A stretch of DNA of 64,000 nt from a virus (Duplodnaviria; Caudoviricetes): the IMG/VR virus record IMGVR_UViG_3300016649_000355; one strand, 5' to 3'. The notes under the pieces are model-generated. The model did no database searches, was not told the origin of the DNA, and saw nothing but the letters and a program-made list of their open reading frames with translations. This document shows, one piece after another, positions 1 to 14,500 of the stretch (positions are counted from its first letter, which is position 1; each line of letters starts with the position of its first letter). A program made the translations under genes and the position numbers.

Positions 1-1
1 A

Positions 2-2587
2 AATTATGATTTTAATTTAGAGCAACAGATTTCAAATCAGGTTATCGATATAGATATTCAAGGTGTCAATAATACCGATACATGGTTGTATCAACTAAAT
101 GTAAACAACGATCCCAATGGTAGATTATTATGGAAGCAAGTTCCTAACATCTATGCAGACGCATATCTACAAACTGAGACAAGCGCAAAGAAAATCTTCT
201 CGGTGGGTTCAGGATTCAACGATGCGGTAAATTATGTTTTCGGTGATGGAGTCTTTTCTGAAATTCCTGTAGGAAGCTTTAGAGCGTATGTGAGATCCAG
301 TAACGGTCTTACATACACTGTCGATCCCAATGAAATGCAAGGAATAACTGTATCTTTCACATATGTGTCTAGGTTAGGTAGAGCAGAAACATTGACTGTT
401 GTTTTATCTTTGCAATTGCCGGTATCTAATGCACAGGCTAGAGAAAGCCTGTCAAGCATCAAGCAACGGGCTCCCACAAGATACTATACACAAAATAGAA
501 TGGTTAACGGAGAAGACTACAACAACTTTCCATATACCTTGTATAGTTCAATAATTAAATCAAAAGCAGTCAACCGTAGTTCTGTGGGTGTTTCAAAAAA
601 TATTGATTTATTAGATCCCACAGGAAAATATTCCAGTACTAATTCTTTTGCAAGTGATGGCGCATTATATAGTGATGATACTGATGGTGCATTGACCTTG
701 CAAATTTTTACATTGGGTAATATTATCACCTTCTTAACAGATACTTTATCTTCAGTTTTATCATCTAATAGAGCTATTCAATATTATGTTGCTAATTATT
801 CAAGATACAATATTAATTCTTCGTCCGGTGATGGAACAGTATATTGGCAAACAAGCACTGTCGATTCTAACTCTGAAACAGGTTATTTTTATATAATTAG
901 TAACAACATTGATACTCCCATAGCATTAGGAACATATTCTACAAACAATGTAAAATATGTCACCAACGGTGCCTTGATAAAATTTGTTGCTCCCTCTGGT
1001 TTCTATTTTGATAATAATAATCGATTGGTAGCAGGCATCCCCCCATCTGAAAATCAAACTTATTTTTGGACATCAGTATTAAATGTGATCGGGGACGGAT
1101 ACAATAACGGTGAGGGGCAGTTTTCTAACGGAACGGGACCCGTAGTATTAAATGGATATGTCCCTTCAGGTGCAGTACTTACTGAAGTACTTCCAGCTTT
1201 TGATAGCACTTTACCTAACGATGTAGTGCAAGAAGCAATTGTAAGAATGGAGTTACAACAAAATTTCTCACTGGTTTTTAATAATTCATTATCTATAAAT
1301 CAAAATAGGTGGATAATTAGACCATACAGTGAAACGAATTATTTTGTAAACTTTTTAAGCAATGGAAATAACAGATATACTGTTACATATAAATCATTAG
1401 CATATTATTTTGGTAGTGTGAGTGATGTTAGATTTGCATTTGAAGCTGATAAGTTAGTATATGATCCCTTTTCAGGAAAAATTTTACAGGATTTTGTAAA
1501 TGTGTTAGCAACTAACACACAACCCTCTTCAAATAACCCTCTGTCAAATAATATAATTTTAAATGTCATCGGTCAAACAGTAGAATCAGATGGATATATC
1601 AACGACTTTGAGGTAGAAGTTTCTACTACTGATGTCAATAATAGATCATTGATCACGAATCCAGACTTTTTCAACATCGTGACGGGTTACACTGTTGGCA
1701 ATGCTAACATTGGAATCTATGTATTTTTTGAAGAAATACAGGATGCGATAAGCTTAACAAGATTGCAGATTGTTCCAACCAGTGAGGTAGTGTTTTCGTA
1801 TCCTACAAAAACTCAAATAGAAACTGTAAAATATGATTATCCATTGGGTCAATTATTCTATGCCTATACTGATAATAAATTTTACATTTCAGTTCAAGAT
1901 CAGGCAATCAATACTCCTTTTTACACTTTGGTGGAGCAACCACAGTATAGTGTTAAACCCGGTAGACAGGCATTAGCATATCAATATAGACACAATTCAA
2001 ATAATACAACACGCATCGATCCAGCAACCACAAATATCATCGATTTATATCTAGTAACACAGGCATACTATACACAGTATCAAAATTACATACAAGATAC
2101 GACAGGTAGTGTAACAGAACCTGCTAGACCCACAATCAATGAGTTGAATGCTGCATATGGGCAATTACAAGATTACAAGATGCTTAGTGATAGTGTGGTG
2201 CCTAACAGTGTTATTTTTAAACCGTTATTTGGTTCAAAGGCTGCTCCAGCATTGAGAGCCACGATCAAGGTGATCAAAAATTCAAATACTGATGCAAGTG
2301 ATAGTGAGATCAGGAGTTCAGTACTTGCTGCTATGAATTCTTACTTTAATATCAATAATTGGAATTTTGGGGATACTTTTTATTTTTCAGAATTAAGTGC
2401 ATATCTGCACTCTGAAGTAGGAGAACTAATCAGTTCCGCTGTTCTCGTTCCAAATGATCCTACAATGAAATTTGGCGATCTTTATGAAATAAAATCAGCA
2501 CCCTATGAAATTTTTGTTAATGCCGCCACAGCAACAGATGTTCAAGTTATAGCTGCATTGACGCCCACTGAGCTACAAATTGGATAA
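2..2587 (+). CDS. Baseplate wedge subunit (T4 gp6-like), 5'-truncated by the window edge
   Basis: The frame is open from base 2 (NYDFNLEQQISNQ...); the track start at 86 is an internal TTG. It contains QNRMVNGEDYN and ESLSSIKQRAP motifs and a C-terminal FGDTFYFSEL, all typical of gp6/baseplate-J-like wedge proteins. It lies directly upstream of a giant structural gene. Confidence 0.7.
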   Translation, partial: NYDFNLEQQISNQVIDIDIQGVNNTDTWLYQLNVNNDPNGRLLWKQVPNIYADAYLQTETSAKKIFSVGSGFNDAVNYVFGDGVFSEIPVGSFRAYVRSSNGLTYTVDPNEMQGITVSFTYVSRLGRAETLTVVLSLQLPVSNAQARESLSSIKQRAPTRYYTQNRMVNGEDYNNFPYTLYSSIIKSKAVNRSSVGVSKNIDLLDPTGKYSSTNSFASDGALYSDDTDGALTLQIFTLGNIITFLTDTLSSVLSSNRAIQYYVANYSRYNINSSSGDGTVYWQTSTVDSNSETGYFYIISNNIDTPIALGTYSTNNVKYVTNGALIKFVAPSGFYFDNNNRLVAGIPPSENQTYFWTSVLNVIGDGYNNGEGQFSNGTGPVVLNGYVPSGAVLTEVLPAFDSTLPNDVVQEAIVRMELQQNFSLVFNNSLSINQNRWIIRPYSETNYFVNFLSNGNNRYTVTYKSLAYYFGSVSDVRFAFEADKLVYDPFSGKILQDFVNVLATNTQPSSNNPLSNNIILNVIGQTVESDGYINDFEVEVSTTDVNNRSLITNPDFFNIVTGYTVGNANIGIYVFFEEIQDAISLTRLQIVPTSEVVFSYPTKTQIETVKYDYPLGQLFYAYTDNKFYISVQDQAINTPFYTLVEQPQYSVKPGRQALAYQYRHNSNNTTRIDPATTNIIDLYLVTQAYYTQYQNYIQDTTGSVTEPARPTINELNAAYGQLQDYKMLSDSVVPNSVIFKPLFGSKAAPALRATIKVIKNSNTDASDSEIRSSVLAAMNSYFNINNWNFGDTFYFSELSAYLHSEVGELISSAVLVPNDPTMKFGDLYEIKSAPYEIFVNAATATDVQVIAALTPTELQIG

Positions 2588-2590
2588 GTA
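2583..2590 (+). promoter_or_regulatory. Putative late-promoter motif GATAAGTA
   Basis: TAARTA-core octamer 2 nt before the ATG of the giant gene; the same motif recurs in most intergenic gaps of the late region. Confidence 0.35.
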
Positions 2591-2592
2591 TA

Positions 2593-5500
2593 ATGGCTAC
2601 GAGAATTAGAACGCTTAATTTTTTACCGGAAGTTTTTAAGACCCCAACTAATGCACAGTTCTTAAATGCAACATTAGACCAGATCGTATCACAGCCTGCA
2701 GTCAGAAGAGTTGAAGGTTACATAGGTAGTAAATTGGGTTATGGAATAAATGCCAAAGATTATTATGTAACAGAACCTACTAAAGTAAGAACGGATTACC
2801 AGCTTGATCCCGGAATCGTCACAACAAAAATCGATGAAAGTACGGCTAAAGATTTTATCTCATATCCCGGTTTATTAGATAGTATCAAGTTAAATGGCGG
2901 CATCACAGATAATAACAGTAGGTTATTCAAGAGTCAGATTTATTCGTGGGACTCATTTACCGATCTAGATAAAATAATAAACTTCAATCAATACTATTGG
3001 TTGCCTGACGGCCCCGAAGCAGTGACAGTAGCAAGCGATACGATTTATAGTACCACCGATTATCTTGTTACAGATGTGATAAATGGTTATCAAATAAATC
3101 CTTTAGGTCAGTCAGGCGGAGCTTTAAACCCAACATTGACACTTTTAAGGGGCGGTACTTATAGATTTTCAGTAAATCAACTCACACAATTTTGGATTCA
3201 AGGCGAGCCCGGGGTAACTGGATTCGATCCTTCCCAACCTAATATACAAACTAGAGATATATTAGGAGTAGAAAATAATGGCGCCACAAATGGAATAGTA
3301 ACTTTTACAGTACCTAGTAAAGATGCACAAAGTCAGTATAATTTTCCAGGAAATAATATTGTCGATGTAGTGAGTACCAGTACTTTTGCAGAAATTAATG
3401 GTAGACGAATAAGTGATATAGGTTCGATTGATGGAATAACTAGTCTCGATGGGTTAACTGTTATGTTTTATGAGACCGGTTTACCTAATGAAGTTGGGTA
3501 TGTGTCAAAATTTTATGATGCGACCCCCTATGATAATAACGGTGGATTCGTATCTCCCATAACTATACAAGTAACAAATACATCAAGCACTGGAAATTTA
3601 ATTACCTGCGATTCTACTGCTAATTTATCAGTTAATTCTTCGATAACTTTTAGTGGCGTACCATTTGGCAACCTAACAACGGGTACAATTTATTATGTGC
3701 TTACTGTAGATAGTGCTACAGAATTTACTATTTCTGAATCGATAGGGGGTTCACCCGTCGCATTAGTTAATGCTAGTGGAACCCTGACAGGTAATGTCAA
3801 CCAAGGTTTATTTGAAGAGGGTTATTACACAACTGTAAATCAATATTTTTATAGAATTACTTATGTAGGTGATCTTTCTGATCCCGTGATAAGTTTGACT
3901 CCTGAAGTTGAAATACCGATAAACGAAAAAATTACTGCTAAATTTGGAACAGAATTTATTAATAGAAACTTTTATAAGAGCAGTGCTGGTAATATAATAA
4001 TTTATCCTTATCTGAGTGCTATACTTGATACCCTTTATTATCAAGATGGTACGAGTGATAATAAAGTAGGAGTAATTAGATTAATCGAAAGCAATGTAAC
4101 AAATAGTATTGATGTTGAAACTGATATCTTAGGCAAGGTAAATTATACAGCACCCAACGGTGTTGTATTTACAAATGGATTGAAGGTGGAATTTAATGGA
4201 AGTATAGAACCAGCATCTTATTTGACGGGTGAATACTATGTAGAGGGTGTAGGTACTGCCATAGAACTGATACCAACAAATCAATTAATTGCGCCAGAAC
4301 CATTTACAGTTGGAAATTTTATTCCCTATGATACAACCCCCTATGACATAGGAAATTATGATAGTAATCTGTATATCCCGGCTACGCCCGATTATATAAC
4401 TATCGCTAGAAATTCTATCAATAAAAATGCATGGTCAAGAAGTAATAGGTGGTTTCATGTCGATGTGATTAACGCAACAGCACAGTATAATAACAACCCT
4501 GATTTAGCGACATTATATGCAACTGCTGAAGCCAAAGCTAAAAGACCTATTATTGAATTTTATCCAAATCTTGCCTTATTCAACTCAGGTGTTATAGGTA
4601 AAGATTTTATCGATTTTATAGATTTCAGAACTACGGATGCCTTTTCACAGGTAGCCGGTCAGCAAAATTATTATCCTGATGTCACTGCATATTCGACCTA
4701 TAGTGCAAGCATTACCGGGGTCACCGCAAATATTGTAAGAAGTGTTACCGACACTACCGCATCGGGAAATTTTATAACATGCTCTAGTACAACAGGATTT
4801 CATGTGAACGATAAAGTGGTATTTACTGGTACTGTGTTCGGTGGAGTAATCGTTAATGCAACATATTATATCGAAAGTATCGTTGACAGCACCAAATTTA
4901 CAATTTCTTCAGAGCAGAATGGCGAGGTATTTGTATTGTCAACAGCTTCAGGCACAATGACCGCGACCATTACTCCCTTGACTACAACAATTACAGTCTC
5001 GTCAGATGCGATAACAGGAAATATTGCAGTTAATCAATATATCACAGACTCCACTAATCTATTACCCAGAAACTCTATTGTGACAGATATTTCAGGAACA
5101 TCAACATTAACTTTAACAGTTACTTGGAATACTCCTGAATTTTTCACATCGTCAATTAACTCATCATCTTTGATATTTACTGATACTACCAATGACAATT
5201 ATGCGTTATTTGAGGGGTCCCGTGTAGTATTCGCTAATGATACTGATCCCGAAGTTAGAAATAAAATTTATGTATCCAGATTTTCTACTGTTACAGGAAC
5301 TTCTACTCCAGTCATCACATTGACACCTGCTCAAGATGGTTCAGTACTGCCTAAAGATCAAACTGTTGCTTTCAGGGGCTACAACAATCAAGGTAAAGAT
5401 TTTTATTTTGACGGCACAGACTGGAATCTGTCACAACAAAAAACAGATGTTAATCAACCGCCACTATTTGATATATTTGACGAAAACGGTATAAGTTTCG

Positions 5501-8500
5501 GAGATAGTGAAATATATGTTGGTACATCATTTCAAGGAAACAAACTCTTTGCCTATGGAATAGGTTCAGGCATCGACGATATATATCTTGGTTTTCCAAT
5601 AAGATATAGCTCTATAGACAATGTTGGTGATATAAATTTTGATGTTTCTTTAAATTTAGATACTTTTGATTATGTAAGAAATAGTCAACCCATCACGCAA
5701 AAAGTAAACACTGGATATGTGTATAATTATACCACTAGAACTATTTTTGAAAGGGAATTGGGCTGGCAAACTGCTATCGCAGATAGCACACAATATCAGG
5801 TTTTTCAATTTCCATATGTATTAGGTCAAGTAAGCCTCTCTTTTACTTGTGACATCGCTAAATTATCAGATGATGATTCTGCATGGCCTACAATACAAGT
5901 TTTTAACAATAACAATTTTTTATCTTCAGATGAATATGTAGTAGATACTACCTCTACTACCACAATTATAACACTTAATCAAGCACCGACTGAGGATACT
6001 GTCATCGAAATTTTATTATTGAGTGATCAGGTAAGCAATCAAGCTTATTATACTATTCCAGTCAATCTTTCAAATAATCCATTGAATGGTGATCTAACAA
6101 CAGCAGATTTAGGCGATATTCGCGGGCATTATCAAAGTATTTTTTATAACAATCCCGACACCACGGGTCCCGTGTTTGGCGCTAATAATTACAGGGATCT
6201 AGGAAACATCGTACCGTACGGTACAAGAATCATTCAGAATAGTGCAAGTTTAGTATTACCCGGGCTATTTTCAAGAAATTCTCAATACAATTTATCAAAT
6301 GCATTGTTGTTTAATAGTCGTCAATATATTACTTTTAAAACATTATTGGTAGATACAATCAATAAAACTGCTTATGAGCAAAGATATAATCCAGCTGAAA
6401 TTTTAGATGCCGCCTTAGATGTGATCACTTCCTATAAAGTTGATACAGAACCATTCTTTTGGAGTGATATGATTCCATCTAAAGCAGCTTTTATAACTAA
6501 TACATATTCATTTGCAAACAGCCTCGATGTTAGTATATATCCATTAAGTAGAATTTATAATTTTAATACTGCAAATTATTACGGTGTATTAGTATATCTT
6601 ACCCGTACAGTCGACGGCTTTACTTTCACGCAGCAATTGATAAAAAATGTTGATTATACAATCAGTGAAGACAGTCCTTCATTAACGGTGACATTGGACT
6701 TACTAGCAAATGATCAGATCACGATCAAAGAATACAATCAAACATATGGTAGCTATGTCCCTAATACTCCAACTAAGTTAGGATTATATCCATCTTTTGT
6801 TCCTGAAGTCGTACTTGATTCCGCCTATACCGTGCCCACTTATTTTATAAGGGGCCATGATGGCTCATACACAAAACTTTATGGAGACTATATTCCTGAA
6901 ACTAACACACTAATTGATTTTAGAGATCAAGGTCTATTGGAATTTGAAAAGCGTATCTATAATAATTTAAAATTAAGCAGTGCAATCCCCATTAATTTTT
7001 ATGATGTGATCCCCGGATTTTCTAGAGATACAGATTACACCTGGGATGAAATCATGCAAATTTATTCACCTTTATTTTTAACATGGGTGGGCGAGAACAG
7101 AATTGATTATAAGACTCAATTATACAATTCAGGAAATCAATTTACATATAACTATTCAGATTCAGGGAATAAAGTCAACAAAAAACCCATACAACAAGGT
7201 TACTGGAGAGGAGTTTATAGTTACTTTTATGATAGTGTGAATCCCGATACCGCCCCCTGGGAAATGATAGGTTATAGTGATCAGCCCGGCTGGTGGACAT
7301 CTAGATATGGTCCTGCCCCATACACTAGCGATAACCTAATATTATGGAACGATTTAGCACAGGGTATAGATTATAATGACGGAATTCCTAGGGTATTACC
7401 TCAATATATTAGACCTGAATTATTACAAATTTTACCGGTAGATTCTAATGGTAATTTATTGAGCCCATTCAATTCTATCGTTGGAAATTACAATGGAAAT
7501 ACATTTAGAAAAGACTGGAAAGTGGGGGATGACAGCCCGGCGGAATTCAGCTACAGAAGAAGTAGTTCATGGCCATTCGATCTAATGCGCCTCTATTCTC
7601 TCACACAGCCTGCTAATTTCTTTAATCTGGGAGTAGACCTTGACAATTATAGATATAGTGATGAATTCGATCAATACCTAGTTAATGATAGAAGCCATTT
7701 GATATTGAATCAAATTCAAATCTATGGCTCGGGCACCGCCAAAACTAGTTACATAAACTGGATAGTTGATTATGAAAAACAATTAGGAGTTAATTCTACT
7801 GAGGCGATCACCGACCTGTTAAACAATGTAGATGTAAGATTAGTCTATAGATTGGCAGGCTTTAGTGATAAAACCTTGCTTAAATTTTATGTTGAGAAAG
7901 GCACACCTAATAGTAGAAATGCTAGCTTATTGATTCCTGATGAGAGTTATACTGTATTATTGTATGATAATCAACCATTTGATAGAATCATATATTCGGG
8001 GGTCGTGGTACAAAAAACAAACGATGGTTACAAAGTATACGGAAATTCTCAGACAGAAACTTACTTTAGAATCAGCAAACCTGAAAACAACGGTAAATTC
8101 ATCAATCTTGATGTAGAAGGTGTAAAAATAAAATTAGCAACTGATTATACTTCGCAAACTATTCTTGTTCCCTATGGGTATCAGTTTGGTAGCATACAAG
8201 AAGTTTCTCAGTTCCTAATGAGTTATGGTAACAGGCTTCAACAGCAAGGGATGAAGTTTGATAAGATAGAAAACGGCATTGAAGTTACATGGCAGCAGAT
8301 GGTTTTAGAATTTGCTTATTGGTCTCAGACTGGCTGGGAAATTGGAAGCATAGTTACAATCAATCCGGCAGCCACACAAATTCAGATCGAAAAAGATAGC
8401 TATGTTGTCCAGCCATTGACGATTCAAAGACAGAATTTTATATTGAATCAAAATTTATATCCCATTCAGACAAAAGATTTGAATATCCTCAGGGATGAGA

Positions 8501-11500
8501 CATTGTTCAATGTCGAACCGTTGAATCCGGGAGATGCTTTAAGTTATGGTCAATTTGATATTTCAAACTTTGAGCATGGTATAGTATTTGATAATGTTAC
8601 ACTGTTTAATGATGTAATTTATAATCTTGTAACAGGTCTCAGGCAAAATCGCATATTGTTGAGGGGCACCAAGACAGCAGAATGGAACGGTACAGTAACT
8701 ACTTCAGGATTCATTCTCAATCAAGATAATATCTTGACCTGGCAACAAGGTGTAAAATATACGAAGGGTGCTATTGTAAAATATAAAAACAAATACTGGA
8801 CTGCGATTAAAATTATCGAAGCTAAGACAGTTTTTGATGAACTAGATTGGAAAGTTACAGATTACAATGAGATTCAAAAAGGTCTATTACCCAATAGTAG
8901 CACAAGATCATATGAGAGTACATTGTATTTTAATTGCAATAGAACAAATCTAGAAAGAGATGGAGATCTATTAGCATTCTCGTTGATAGGTTATAGGCCC
9001 CGTGATTATCTAGCATTAGCTGATCTTACCGATGTCACGCAAATCAATGTATATAAAAACTTAATTAAGATGAAAGGTACCCGTGACGCAGCAAGGGCAT
9101 TTAAAGGTGCTACCTTACCCCAAGGTGGAATTGATTATGATATCTATGAAAATTGGGCGATAAAATCTGCTGAATTCGGTGGTGTGCTAAGTGATAATTT
9201 TGTTGAATTTAAAGTCAACGAAAAATACATGACAGGAAATCCCAGCATTGTTGGTTTAACTAATGGTGTATACACAGAAGGTGTGCAGCAGGAAGTTCCA
9301 ATTTATTCATTGTATAATTACAATCAACCTATAAACAACCCATCTATTTTAACAACTATTCCTGTAGATACCCCTGACATATTATATCCGTCGGCAGGAT
9401 ATGTAAACTACAACGATGTAAAGATGTCGGCGTATTACTACGCTAACATGCCAAATGGTGTGGATAAAAATAATCAATTAGTGCCTATATCTGATCTTTA
9501 TGTGCGCGATTACATATGGCTTGCTGATTACTTAGGTACTTGGCAGGTGTATACTCCTGCTTCAAATGGGCAGATTATTTTTGTTAAAAATAATTTAAAT
9601 GGTACTGCCACCATACAATTTGCCGAACCCCACAATTTGAACCAATACGGCATATTTGCAATAGTCAATTTTAATATTAATGTGAATGGCTATTATGTTG
9701 TTCAGCTTGTGGTTGACCCTTATAGAGTAATAGTAAATTTAAACTTAAACACATCTGTGCGTGAGATTTCAGGTCAAGGTATCGCATTGAACTTTGAAAA
9801 TCAGCGCGTAGCTGAACCATCTGATATCATAAATTTAAATCTGTTAGGTTCTGAATTTGCGAAAAATAAAGTATGGGTAGATACAAATAATGATGGTTCG
9901 TGGGCAGTATATAGAAAGTCATTAAACTATCAATATGAAAAAGAATTTTTAAAAGACAATACACAAACATTTGGTAGTGCTGTGGCTTACACCAATGAAT
10001 TGGGTTATCTGATAGGCGATGCCGATGATGGTAATGTGTATAGATATACATTCAGCCCCTTAGTAGAAGATTACACTGTCACTCAGACATTAACTTTTGG
10101 TCCGTCATTTGGAACCACGATAGTCCACGAACAAGAAATATTTGTTATAAGTGAGCCTACAAATACTCCACGAGTTCATATTTACGAATTACTGAATACG
10201 GCTGCAAGCAAAGATTTAACATCTTACCAATCACCTATATCACGGCCTGGACCAGTGACTGGAGAATGGGGAACAGCATTAGCATTATCAGGTGATAAGA
10301 AATGGCTATACATCTCAGCATACGAGGATGCATTAGTATATGTGTACCGTTTATCTCAAATTAGCAATGAGTATGAGTTCTCAAACACTATCGACGGTAC
10401 CGCATTAGGACTAACTGGATCGGATAAATTTGGCTATAGCATAACAACTGATTATTACGGTGACACTGTGGTGATCGGAAGCCCCAATGAAGACTATGAT
10501 GTGACTACTGATAACTGGGGTCGTGCTTATGTATACTACAGATCGACACAGAATTTTGAAGCACAGTATACAAGCATACCTAATGTTGCGCAGACATTTG
10601 CTCTTGGTTGGTCTCCGACAACCACAACAATAACTGTAACTGCCACAACCGCCAGCAACGATAGATTTACATGTGCCGATAGCAGCTTATTTGATGATGA
10701 TCAACCGGTATTATTCTCAGGAACTATTATTGCTGACAGCAATGTAAGTCCCGACACCGTATATTATATATATGACAAGCCCACCGGCACAACCTTTAGA
10801 CTTACTACTGTGAGGGGAGAATTAGCGAATATAGTTGACATATTAGCTAACGGTTCAGGGTCTATGACTATGACTGTACAGGACACGCCCTTATATGTAT
10901 CAGTTAATGGAATATTGGTGGAAGATAATAACTACGGCGTGATAGGCAGTACCTTCTATTACACCGGGTCACTGATTGCAGGTGATATTGTTAATGTCAG
11001 CGGAAATGAATTTGTAAAATTACAAACATTGACTACAGAAACTACGCCTAGGGTCGGTGTGCATTTTGGTCAAAGCTTAGACACCACTGGATTCGGTATG
11101 GAAATTATCGTAGGTGCGCCATTTGAACTGAACACACAAAATCAAGAAGGTGCAGCATACAGATACACCAATGGCGGTGAAAGATATGGATTAGTGATAG
11201 GCACTGGGGTTGTTGATGTTACGGCTACTAGAATATTGTTGATAAATGGATTCAGTGTAACTATTCCTGTAGGCAGTGCTAGCGTAGCCGCAAATGCAAT
11301 TAACGGATCAGGAGTGTCAAATGTTCAAGCACTTGCAAATGCTGATGGCACATTAACTATCCAATTAATAAACAGCAATCTCGCACAGGTTAATAACAAA
11401 TTAAGTTTAGCAGCATTTTCTGAAACTACCCTCAATGAATTGGGAATAAATTTATACACACAAACACAAATCATTAATTGTCCCCATGTGCAAGGTCCTA

Positions 11501-14500
11501 CACAATTTGGATCTACAGTAAAATACGGCACACAGGGATCTGTTGTGATTAGTGCCCCTGCAGGAACTAGATATGCTGGCACTACCTTTGATTTTACTGA
11601 CGATGAAAACTTAGATAACGACACAGTATTCGATAATAATGCTACGCAATTTGTAGATGCTTATCCTAATGCAGGTGCGGTATATATGTTTGATTATTTG
11701 TCGAACTATAATGAGAATTTGTCTAATCCTGGAAAATATGTTTATGCACAAAGCGTAAACGCTAGAAATCAAACATATGGATTGCAACCATACTATGGAC
11801 ATGCACTTGATTTTTATGACAACCACATTTTGATTGGTACTCCCGAATTCAATGAAGGAACAGATTACGGTCAAGTTGTTTCTTATGAATCCTTGACATC
11901 AGCTACGGATTGGGAAATTTACAGGCAGTCATCAGCAATCGTTGATATACAAAAAATAAAAAATATACAACTGTTCAGTGCTGAAACCAACGAAACATTA
12001 GAACATTTAGACTATATCGACCCCTTGCAAGGAAAAATATTAGGATCAGTGAGGCAGAATATCGATGTAGTTTCAAATGTCGATCCAGCATACTATACAA
12101 ATAGTGTTGACAGAAATATCGGAGTTATCTGGGGCAAGGATAAAGTTGGTCAAACATGGCTCAATACCTCTAATATGAAGTATGTAAATTATCATCAGGA
12201 TAGTGTCGAATACAATTCAAAATATTGGGGAACATTATTTCCTGGATCTGATCCTGCAGTATATACCTGGATAGAAAGCAATGTTACACCTGATCAATAT
12301 GCTGGCCCGGGAACGCCCTATGACATAACGAGCTATACGACAGGTTATGTAACTAACAACATTCAAACAGTTAGCCCTGTTTATTATTTCTGGGTAAGAA
12401 ATACAAACACTGTTTATACCCTAGAAGGAAAAACTTTAGCCGATTCTATTTTAGAAAGTTATATATTAAATTCTAAAGCATCTGGAATCGCCTACTTTGC
12501 CCCATTACTACCTAATGTATTTGCCTTATATAATAGTCAATCCTATATAAATGCAAATGATAGCGTACTCCACATAGGTTATTCTACTGGATCAGGGAAT
12601 GTAGAAACTCATAATCAATATAGTTTGATTCGTAGTAATTATGCAGACGATTTCTTACCGGGCTTACCTGGAGTAGGAAATGTTACGAGACCTGAATCGC
12701 TGTACGATAGAATGTTAGATAGTTTGAGCGGAGTAGATGAAGCCGGCAATGTTGTTCCAAATCCTTATCTACCTAAGGCCGTTCAATTGGGGGTGTTAGC
12801 AAGACCACGACAAAGCTTTTTCTTGAATAGATTTTTAGCATTAAAGAATTACTTTACCTTCGCTAATGACATTCTAGCTCAATATCCTATCACCGAGATC
12901 AGAGAAAATGCATCATTCTTGTTCGCTGAAGGGGAATTTTTTAACACACCCGACTACTGGGAATATATCAATTACTGGGCTACAGGGTATGATAACAATA
13001 CTAAATCAGCATTGCAAGTACAAATTTATGCAGACCTATTAACATTATCAGTTGCAGAAGGAACTATTGTAAGAGTAGCTCAGAATGGCGATGGCAAAGC
13101 AGAAACATACATCTATCAAGAGTCAATATGGATAAGGATAGGTCTTGAAAATGGAACAATAAGGCTTAAAGATTCATTGTGGGACTATGCAGCAGCACGA
13201 ACAGGCTACGGAGATAACTTTTTTGACACCGATGTATTTGATTTTTATCCAAGTGAAGAAACCAGATATATTATCCGCGCGCTAAATGAACAAATTTATA
13301 TCGATGAATTAGCATTATTTAGAAATACCAGTTTGATATTATTGTTTGAATATATTCAAAGTGAAACCACAGAAAGTCAAAATTATCTGCCGTGGTTGAA
13401 CAAAACCTCATTGATCGATGTATCTCACACAATCAGAGAATTATTACCATTAGAAGTATTTCAGTCTGATAATCAAGACTTTCTGTCAGGATATCTCAAT
13501 GAAATTAAACCATATCATGTTGTAATAAAAGATTTCTTGTTTAAATATACCGGCGAAAATGTTTTTGAGGGTGACATAACTGATTTTGATTTACCTGCTC
13601 AATTTAATTTCAACCAAAACCAATTTATAACTCCACAATTAGTTTATAGCAATCCAAACGGGATCAATCAATATACTCCAGATTCTACCATATGGCAAGA
13701 AAGTGCATACAAATCTTGGTTTGAAAATTATGGGGTCAGCATCACAGGTCAAGATGATGTGTTGATGACCACTCTAGCATCTTATCTGACATTAAATAGC
13801 ACAGCATTCGTGGTGGATAACGCAAATGGTTTCCCGATAAACGGTGTGATAAGAATTGGCACAGAAGAAATTGGATATAGCAGTGTCGATAGAAATTTAA
13901 ATGTATTGACTGGATTAACCAGAGGAGTTAATGGAACAACTGTTTCTACTCACCTTCCGGGCGAACAAATTTATATGGATCTGCCTGCGGTAACAGTATT
14001 GAATGGCGGTCGCGGGTATTCAGAGCCGCCAAAAGTAACCGCATACATAGATACTTCGATATATCCTGAGCCTAGAGACCCTGCAATTTTACAAGCAAAT
14101 ATGGATCTAGATACAGTATTGAGCGTCACTGTTATAGATCCGGGGTCAGGGTATGCTGTGTTACCCGAGATAAGGATAGATCCTTCTATCTCGATAATTT
14201 TTGCTAGCACCGAAGTAAGCACAGTTACTAACACGATCACCCTTTATGCTCCATTATTACAAACAGGTGATTTAGTAAAATACATTGCAGGGGAAGATTC
14301 AACAACAATAGGTGGTTTAGAAAATAACCAATGGTATTATATTAATGTATTAGAAACTGTTCCCACTGTTTCTATTGCGCTTTACACCAACTACTCTGGT
14401 GCGATAAATGATGAAGATAGGGTTACATTCTATACTTCAGGTACAGGATCAAATCATAAGATTGAAGTAGGAGCAAGGGCAACATCTATCACTTCTGCTG

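Noticed and set aside
86-88. Track start codon for the first ORF
   Set aside because: The frame is open back to base 2, so the real start lies outside the window.
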